This document shows, piece by piece, positions 54,696-64,000 of a stretch of DNA of 64,000 bases. Positions within the stretch are counted from its first letter, which is position 1. Each line of letters opens with the position of its first letter. The notes under the pieces are model-generated. The model saw only the letters and a program-made list of their open reading frames with translations. It was not told the DNA's origin and did not search any database. Source of the stretch: Eledone cirrhosa (Eukaryota); NCBI GenBank assembly GCA_964016885.1, contig OZ024742.1, positions 258,106,001 through 258,170,000 of the forward strand, read 5' to 3'. Position numbers and translations under genes: made by a program.

Positions 54696-57297
54696 TGTCT
54701 CCCCGCGAGTGTTGAGGGTAACCTTCAATGGAAACCCAAGACTGACAATCATCTCAGCCTATAGTTCAACCGAGGGGGACAGTGATGTGAATTCGGAAGA
54801 GTTCCATGAGGAGGTGTGTAGAGCTGTCAACACCACTCAGGCACACAATATCCTGCTTGTTTTGGGGGACTTCAATGCACCAACCGAAATGGAAGACTAC
54901 TGAGAGACACCCTGGTGGAGGCGAAATTGATGGCGACCAACCTAGGGTTTAGGAAGAATCTGGAGAAGATGTGGACCTACATCTCAGATGTGCACCTGTC
55001 CAAGTCCCAGATTGATTTCATTCTGGTGAGGAAAAAGTGGCGGAATAGTGTTCTGATCACGGAACCATACAGCTATTTCAGTACACTGGGTAGTGACTAC
55101 CGGCTTATTATGAGTGAGGTCCGCGTGAGCTTAAGAAAGAGCAAGGCTCAGCCCCGGAGAACAATCTATGACTGGGGAGCTTTCAAGGAAGATGATGGGC
55201 TACAGGAGAGGTTCACAGTGGAAGTGAGAAACAGGTTTAGTGCTCTGTGTGGAGAGTCAGAGGAGAGAGAGATTGGATGGACTGAGGAGAGTGTCACGAG
55301 GAGGTACGGGCACTTCACCAATGCAGTGGCGGAAGCAAGTGAAACCCTGGTGCCGAGGAAAAAGAACAAAGGGAAGCACGTCAGCTCTGCAAACCCAAAA
55401 GTGTGTGCAGCCAGAGAACACCTGGAAGCTGCCAGGGACCAATTGTATGCTGATCCTACGGAGGAGAGGATGGAGACTGTGGAGGTGATGAGGGAAGAGC
55501 TCTGTACCGCTTACACTGAGGTCAGAGAGGAGGCACTGATAGAGAAGATCAGAAGTGTGGAGAGAGCGGTTGACATATATGGATGTAAGGAGAGCTGGAT
55601 GATCATCAACGAGATCACAGGGAGGAAGAGAAGGTGTTCGATCAGATCCAGGGAACGGGGCCCGAGGATAGGAAGAGGAAAGGGCTAGACCATTTTAGGA
55701 CCCTACTAGGATAGCCACCCTCCACAGCCCAGAGAACTGGGGAGATCAGGCGGCTGTTTGGGGAACTGGATGTTGAGACAGAGCCCTTCACCAGAGAGGA
55801 GCTTCAGAGAGCCAAGAAGAAGATCAAGGAGGGCAAGGCTCATGGAGAAGATGGAGTGGCATCAGAGGTGATGAAGTGGTGTGATTTTGATGATATCATC
55901 CTGGGGTTCTGTAACGGGGCACTGGAGAAAGAAGTTGCCCCGAATCAGTGGAGGATCAGTAACATCGTCCCAGTGCCAAAGAAGGGATATCTCTCTAATA
56001 CCAAGAACTGCCGGGGGATCTCACTGACGTCACTTGTGGCAAAGACCCTCAACAGGATGATTCTTAACAGGATCCAGCCTGAGATGGAGAAGAAGCTCAG
56101 GGACAACCAGAACGGCTTCAGAGAGGGTAGATCAACCACCAGTAACATCCTGATGCCGAGGAGGATATTAGAGGGAGCTAGAGCAAAGTGCCTTCTTGCG
56201 GTCATGGTTTTCATTGACTTTAGGAAGGTCTTCGATTCTGTGGACCGTTGCTGCCTGATGAAGATCTTACAGGCTTATGGAATCCCCAAGAGGATAGTGG
56301 ACCTGATATCACTGCTCTACACCAACACCAAAGCCCAAGTCATTACACCTGATGGGATGACAGAGTTCTTTGAGATACTGACTGGAGTGCTCCAGGGAGA
56401 TACATTGGCTCCCTAGCTTTTTATCATCGTAGTGGACTATTGTATGCGCCTTGCACTGGAGAAACACCAGGACTCTGGCTTTACTGTAGCACCGGGTCAG
56501 AGCAGGAGAGTTAGGGCGAAAAATGTATCGGATGCTGAATTTTCCGACAACATAGTTTTGGTGACAAATACAGTGAAGGAAGCAGAGGATTTGATGCGGG
56601 AGGTTGAGACTGTGTCGATGAGTGTGGGGCTGAGAATGAATGAGTCTAAAACAAAATATCTGGTAGAGAATGTTCAGAAGCCAGAGGGGATCACTAATGT
56701 AGGCGGGAGGCCGCTGGAATTGGTTGAGGACTTCCTGTATTTGGGAGCAAAGATTGGGAATACGGAAGATGATGTGGTTGAGAGGAAGAGCAAGGCCTGG
56801 GCGGCGTGCCACAGCTTGAGATCGGTGTGGAAGTGGGACCTTCGTAGAGACCTGAAAATCCGCCTCTTCATTGCTGTAGTGGAGTCTGTGCTGCTGTATG
56901 GGTCTGAGACTTGGACACTGACCAAGAAACTCACTCAGATGGTGGATGGGTGCTACACGAGAATGCTGAGGATGGCTCTGAACATTAATCAGTATACACT
57001 GAGGATGAAAACTCAGAGTTGTATGGGAGCATCCCAACAGTCAGCTCAAAAGTGACACAGAGGAGACTGAGGTTGGCTGGACATGCTCCCCGACATCCAG
57101 AATTGACATTGTACTCAGTGCTCCTGTGGGAGCCCCTACATGGACACACTAGAAGAGGAAGACCAAGGTTAACGTATGTTGATGCCCTAAGGACAGACAC
57201 TGGTCTGTTGGAGATGCAGGACATGGCAGCGATAATGAGGGACAGAGAACGCTGGAGAGAACTCGTCCATGGATCTCGGGAATTTTACCCGCCTTAG
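54693..57297 (+). mobile_element. RTE-clade LINE, 5'-truncated (APE endonuclease C-terminus plus RT), inactivated
   Basis: IISAYSST, LGDFNA, QIDFIL, SDYR, QNGFREGRST, FIDFRKVFDSV, GVLQGDTLAP, FLYLG, LLYGSETW, RRGRP; stops and frameshifts; (TA)n on both sides. Confidence 0.92.
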
Positions 57298-57312
57298 ATA
57301 TATATATATATT

Positions 57313-57412
57313 AACGAGGTTAACTTTGCCTTTAATCCTTACGGGGTGGATAAAATAAAGTACCAGTAATGTACTGTGTAATCGCTGGCCTTGTGCCAAA
57401 AGTAGAAACAGT

Positions 57413-57413
<1 letters not shown>
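57313..57413 (+). mobile_element. 5'-truncated SINE
   Basis: GAGGTTAACTTTGCCTTTAATCCTTACGGGGTGGATAAAATAAAGTACCAG..GGCCTTGTGCCAAAAGTAGAAAC. Confidence 0.8.
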
Positions 57414-57444
<31 letters not shown>

Positions 57445-57821
57445 ACTGAGGGCGGCCGTCCGAATTAAGAACTGCTAAATTTTGGCCGCCTTCTCGTCCT
57501 AGGCATTTCTCTCTCCTTTTCTGCCCCTTGGTTTGTGTCTATTATTATATTCCTTTGTTGGATAAATTTCGGAATACCTGATGACGTCACCAGATTCATA
57601 CTGAGCACAGTCATTGAAATATTCACAGTATAATAAATCTTTGTAGAATTACACAAGTCCAGCCTCCTGTCATTTTATAATAATTAACTCCGTACTCGCT
57701 CCACCAACAACACAAACAAAGACGGGGGAGTTGTATTACGTCGAGTGCTCTCCCTAATAATACATCAAGTTTGACTATACACAATGACCAGTTTTATCTA
57801 GTGGTGAACCAACAAACATCA

Positions 57822-58394
<573 letters not shown>

Positions 58395-58438
58395 CATATA
58401 AATGAAGCATGGCGTGATACGTTGTTGCAAATATGAAC

Positions 58439-58597
58439 ATATGAATAAAAGTAGACAAGGGGTAAAATGTCCTCTTCAGTAGTCTGCTGATTATCGTTGG
58501 TATTTCGACACATTAAAGACTAGATACCAAAAATCAGTGCGATAATCAGCAGACTACTGAAGAGGACATTTTAACCCTTGTCTATTTTTATTCATAT
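58439..58597. repeat. 58-bp inverted repeat containing a partial hammerhead (CUGAAGA plus stem II)
   Basis: 58439-58496 pairs with 58540-58597; CTGAAGA GGACA..TGTC without GAAA. Confidence 0.7.
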
Positions 58598-59408
58598 ATA
58601 TATATATAATAAGAAGTTGACGGACCCAGCATATGTATCAATGCTAGGACCGGTTGCATCTCAGCGTACACAATAGGTCATGTAAAATATACTCCCAGAG
58701 TTTACACATAGATATTTGCTTCAATTCAACACACGTAAACGTGTACCGAACTCGAGTTTCGGCCACACTTAATGCAGCAGTAGGGTGCACCACACCTCTG
58801 TCTGCATATATTATGCAACAATGTATAATCGACGCATGTGGCTTCATCAGCGGGTAGCGCCTAATCAATAACAAGTCGATCGACAGAATTCGATTCCAGT
58901 CCGTGCCGGCTTTGACTGTTTGTGACGGCCGACAGTAAAGTGATAAACAACTGAAATCTGATACAATGCTGTCCCTCGATCGGCCACCGATTTACAAATT
59001 TACAAATTTACGTGATGGCAGGTGATTAGAAAACACATATTTCCCCTCCCGTCATAAGACTCAGCCAACGTGTCTCAAACACAAATTAATAAGATAGTGA
59101 AAAATTGGTTATTAGAAAAAGCAGTCTCACATCGTTGTATAATGGAATGGTACCATTCGACTCTAGTCTCCAGGTCCCATGGCGAGAGGATCACGATAGT
59201 AACAGTGGTAGTGTCTACAACGTTTATCCGTACATTAAATGCCAACATCCATTACACAGTTATATAGAGTAGAGTGGTGGTTAGCGACCAACCTCGTACG
59301 TAAACCAGTCTATTTCACAACTTAAACGATTCAATAAGTGAGTGAGAGAGAAACTTAATAGCTGGAGTTAGAGCACATATCAAAACAAAACACAATAAAA
59401 AATGTGAA

Positions 59409-59440
<32 letters not shown>

Positions 59441-59456
59441 GTGTGTGTGTGTGTAG

Positions 59457-59550
<94 letters not shown>

Positions 59551-59554
<4 letters not shown>

Positions 59555-59994
59555 GTAGAAGTGGTATTAAATTTGTTGGAAGTCCGACAAATATAAATGT
59601 TTATAAGTGATTTAGAGCAATCAACAGATTACTGGAGTAAATATTCAATGATATTAAATAAGTGGAAACTATATTTATAAAACCATATTTGTTTTATTAT
59701 ATATATTTCAAGGGTAACCAAGACAACATTTGTACGCTTTCATCAGATAAAATACAATTTTTTTTAATAAATAGAGACATACCCATGAAAATCATACCTT
59801 ATCGGTTGGATATTCACTGGATATCCAGTGAATTTCCAACCGATAGGGTATGATTTTCATGGGTATGTCTCTATTTATAAAACAAACTTTGTATTTTATC
59901 TGATGAAAGCGTACCAATGTTGTCTTGGGACCCTTGAAATATATATAATAAAATAAATATGGTTTTATAAATATAGTTTCCACTTATTTAATAT

Positions 59995-59999
<5 letters not shown>
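59551..59999. mobile_element. Fold-back element, diverged family A relative, with two hammerheads (59690-59754 - and 59892-59955 +)
   Basis: 177-bp arms 59646-59822 and 59823-59999 centred on CACTGGAT|ATCCAGTG; UAUUUUAU CUGAUGA..GAAA U AUAU A UA AUAAAAUA. Confidence 0.88.
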
Positions 60000-60092
<93 letters not shown>

Positions 60093-60332
60093 GGAATAGA
60101 ATGAAACGAAACTTCATTTCTCACTCTTAGTACGGCAGTTACTTAAATGTAAGTAAGTATGTATGTATACGTACATACATATATGTATACAGACGTACAG
60201 TAGTATGTATATATATACATACATGCACACATATATATATGCACGTATCGGTTTACCGAACATTTATTATAATGCTCGGTTTGTTTGTAAACAAACAAAC
60301 AGCCCGAATTATATATATATATATATATATAT

Positions 60333-60429
<97 letters not shown>

Positions 60430-60577
60430 TGCGTGTGTGTATATATATGTATATATATATATTTCACATTTTTTATTTACTTTTGGTATGTGCTCTAACT
60501 CCTGCTATTAATTTTCTCTCTCACTCACTTATTGAATCGTTTAAGTTGTGAAATAGACTGGTTTACGCACGTGGTTC

Positions 60578-61362
60578 GAAATGAATTATTGACTTCATTT
60601 TTTCATGTTTTCCTCTCTTTACCTTGCCTTACCATTCGTGTTTGTTTACATGTCTCTCTTTCTCCACCCAAATCTTTTTATCCCAATAACTTATTCTAGT
60701 TATTGTATCGCCCTACCTGGAGGTATAATAGGAAGTAATACCTATGATGGCTAGTAGACAACTCATATTCCTAACTTCTATTTCTAACTCTTCATTTATT
60801 ATACTTAATTGCAACAACACACCTCACCATTTTCTATGCATATATGCTTTCCCCTTCGCTGTAACCTGTCTTTTTTCTCTTCCCTTACTGCAATCCTCTT
60901 TCTCTCTCCCCCTTCTCAAACCTTCTTCCTCTTACTTTCACTCACCCCCTCTGCTATCACCCTCTCTCGACTAGACTCTTCCTCGCACTTTCACTCACTC
61001 ACTCTCTGCTACTCACCCTCTCTCTCACTTCCTCCATCGTCCCACACCGTATGTGATCCTTTTCCTCGCTCACATCCGTACGGCTAAGATGTGTCTTTAC
61101 CTTCTCGTCAAAATTCGCCTGTTCTTATGTTAGAAATGAATTGTTGACTTGATTTTTTTTCATTTCTTCCTCTCTTTCCGTTGCCTCACCATTCGTGTTT
61201 GTTTACATGTCTCTCTTTCTCCACCCAATTTTTTTATCCCAATAACTTATTATAGTTATTGTATCGCCCTAGGTATATTGTCTGTAAAGCGAATAAATAC
61301 CTATGATGGCTAGTAGACAACTGATGATGGATATTCCTAACTTTTATTTCTAATTCTTCATT

Positions 61363-61368
<6 letters not shown>
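60578..61368 (+). repeat. ~230-bp direct repeat (60578-60803 and 61133-61368)
   Basis: Shared ACCATTCGTGTTTGTTTACATGTCTCTCTTTCTCCACCCAA and ATACCTATGATGGCTAGTAGACAACT. Confidence 0.85.
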
Positions 61369-61404
<36 letters not shown>

Positions 61405-62008
61405 TGATACATATATATATATACATGTAGATAGATCTACCAACATATGCGGTAGTGTCCAATCGGTATGAAGAACTCAATGTAATCCAAATATCATGAA
61501 AAGAGAAGATGTATTCAACATTTTTTCGATGAAAAACACAGGAAAACAGAGTCAAGATAAATTAATAAAAACAATGAATAAAAACAAAGAAACAGTTCCT
61601 TATATTAAAAAATTCATCATTTTACGATCGTTTCTAGGATATATATGTGTGTGTTGGTATGTATATCATATAGATCTATGTAACAATTTTACAAACTATC
61701 AGAGGGAATATACATACCTACACATATATATGCTGTCATCAGAAATAATGATATTTGTTTATTGAAAAAAAACAACAAAGATTTAATATAATAGGTCTGT
61801 TTGGGAACAGGTTTTGAATTGACCAATAGAAAAGTAGTAAGCCGTCAAGTTGATAGAATAGTAGTAGTAGAAATTTAATTTAGGGGTAGAGGAATGCAGA
61901 CTTCAGTTTTGAATGGATAGAGTATTTTGTATGAAAAGATTACTTTGGGGATGAAAATAGATCAAGCCGGTGAAAGGTACACGAAAATTTGATGTTATTA
62001 AAGAATAA

Positions 62009-62188
62009 GAATTGTTTCTACTTTTGACACAAGGCCAGCAATTACCCAGTGCATTACTAGTACTTTATTTTATCGACTCCGTAAGGATGAAAGGCAAAGT
62101 CAACCTCGGCGGGATTTGAACTCAGATCGTAAAGGGACGTAACTATGCTGGAAAGCATGACGCCCGACGCTCTACCGATACTGCCAAA
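62009..62188 (-). mobile_element. Near full-length SINE with 10-bp TSD
   Basis: Minus strand TGGCAGTATCGGTAGAGCG (A box-like), GAGTTCAAATCCC (B box), Meta core; TAAAGAATAA at 61999-62008 and 62189-62198. Confidence 0.88.
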
Positions 62189-62259
62189 TAAAGAATAATG
62201 CTAAAATCTAAGGAGAATAAAATTTTACGATAAATGTGTTAGTGAAAAATATCAAACAT

Positions 62260-64000
62260 AAGGCATTTAGATCTATAAAAAGAAATTTATAGGGATAAAT
62301 TTATATTAATTCATATAGATACCTATCAGAAATTGAAAATATTAAAAAACTCATAATAATATTAAAAGACTATTATAGTGTCACTATTACATTTGAAAAC
62401 ACAAGTAAAGTAGTTAATTTCCTTGATATAACTTTAGACTTATCTACGGGTATCTACCAACCTTACCATAAACCTAACCAAAACTTACATTACATACACT
62501 CACAATCTAATCACCCTAGATCTATTCTTAAAAACCTAGCATATAATATCTCACTCAGAATTTCTAACCTTTCATTTAACCAGGATATATTCGATAAAAA
62601 TGCGACCTTTTATAACGAAGCTTTAGCTAGAAGCGGCCACAAAGACAAATTAGTATATATACCTTGTACCAATAATACTACAAACATGCAACCCAATATT
62701 ACCAACAAACACCAAAAGAAATATACACACCTAAATGCCACTCACACTATACCCCAAAATACCAACTTAAAACTTAATTTCTCTACCTCTTCTAATATAG
62801 TTATTATATACAATATAATAACTTTCAAAAAACCATTCATCCTAATATTCCAATATATGTTAATAACATTACTAACAAAATTCCTAATAATCAGGCTAAA
62901 ACACCTAAATCAGTGAATCTAACTAAACATATGTGTAATAAAATCACTAATACTAATTATCGTAGTAAACATCAGGATACATCGTATAAAAAAGAAAAAA
63001 ACAACATCGAAACCGTAATATATTAAAGATAATATACCTAAACAATGTTTTACTATCCTAGAGAAAAACTTCCCGCCAAACCATAAATAGCATCAAATTT
63101 TAAATAGATCAACGGTCAAATTCTCCTACTCCACAACCAAAAATATACAACAAAATATAAGTGCCTACAATGCATATAAATGTAAAAAAGAAAAACATGA
63201 ATATACAACCAACACATCAAACTAACCATAATACTAAAGTAAACCACAACAAACCACCATTTCATTCACATACAACAAGTTGAGACCTAATTTGACTAAC
63301 TCCCCTGATATAACATTCACCAAAGGTTGTAACTGTAGAAACAAAGCAAATTGCCCATTAAAAGGAAATTGTCTTATTAATAACATAGTATATAAATGTA
63401 AAATTAGCACTAAAGACTCAACTTATTCATATATAGGAGCTACTTCTAACCAATTTAAAGTAAGATTTAATACCCACAAACACAGTTTTAAAAATGCCGC
63501 ATTAGCTAATACAACATCCTTAGCTGAAATTATTAATAATTATAGAAAAAGGAATATCGATTATAACCTGACCTAGAGTGTGCTTGAAAGGGCCACCCTT
63601 TATCAAAATAATAGATATGAATGTAGATTATGTTCCCAGGAACTTTTTGAAATAATGAAATCTAAGGATATCCTAATAAATAAGCGACAAGAATTAATTA
63701 TATCGTGCAATCATAGAATTAGAAAAATTTTCAAATATTATCAACCTAATTAATATACACAACCTATGATTAATATTCTACTACTAAGAACTGCATAATT
63801 TTATTTCCCTTTTAAAGCTATCTTTTTTTTAAATTTATTCCAATAAGTATACATATACACTATTTTAATTTCCTGTTATGAATTTAAATTCCTTGTAATC
63901 TATATAAGTTTGTTATTTTTCACTAATACATTTATCGTAAAATGTTATTCTCCTTAGATTTTAACATTAGCATTATTCTTTAATAACATCAAATTTTCGT
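62260..64000 (+). mobile_element. 5'-truncated Penelope-like (Naiad-type) element; ORF remnant ends 63753, pLTR runs off the window
   Basis: VNFLDITLDL..YHKPN..SNHP, CNCRNKANCPLKGNC, IVY..YIGATS..FKVRFNTH, CRLCSQE, LINKRQELIISCNH. Confidence 0.88.

Noticed and set aside
57575-57632. Hammerhead candidate (CTGATGA..GAAAT)
   Set aside because: Poor stem II and no NUH triplet.
61321-61345. CTGATGA box in the second direct repeat copy
   Set aside because: No downstream GAAA or stems; absent from the first copy.
62009-62188. tRNA gene
   Set aside because: A and B boxes belong to a SINE head with TSD; no cloverleaf.

Overview
AT-rich eukaryotic, essentially gene-free DNA, most likely from an octopus-like cephalopod. 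That assignment is an inference from the tRNA-derived Meta-domain SINE family and the extreme (TA)n load. The window is a nest of decayed transposable elements: two R4/Dong-like RLE LINEs, an RTE LINE plus an RTE fragment, a CRE-like RLE fragment, a 6.3-kb Helitron plus two fragments, a hAT-type DNA transposon split by an inversion, SINEs, four Naiad-like Penelope (RT + GIY-YIG) remnants and one Neptune-like fragment. No intact protein-coding gene was found; most ORFs in the supplied track are microsatellite or antisense artefacts. The main signal missed by the ORF track is RNA structure. At least a dozen minimal type I hammerhead ribozyme motifs (CUGAnGA...GAAA, very short stem III) lie in Penelope pseudo-LTR-derived sequence. 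Many sit inside small non-coding fold-back elements inserted in (TA)n tracts, which place a ribozyme on each strand. There is also a tandem hammerhead pair defining a 476-nt retrozyme-like unit and a 586-bp miniature Penelope-like element. All structures were read by eye and none is experimentally or computationally verified.
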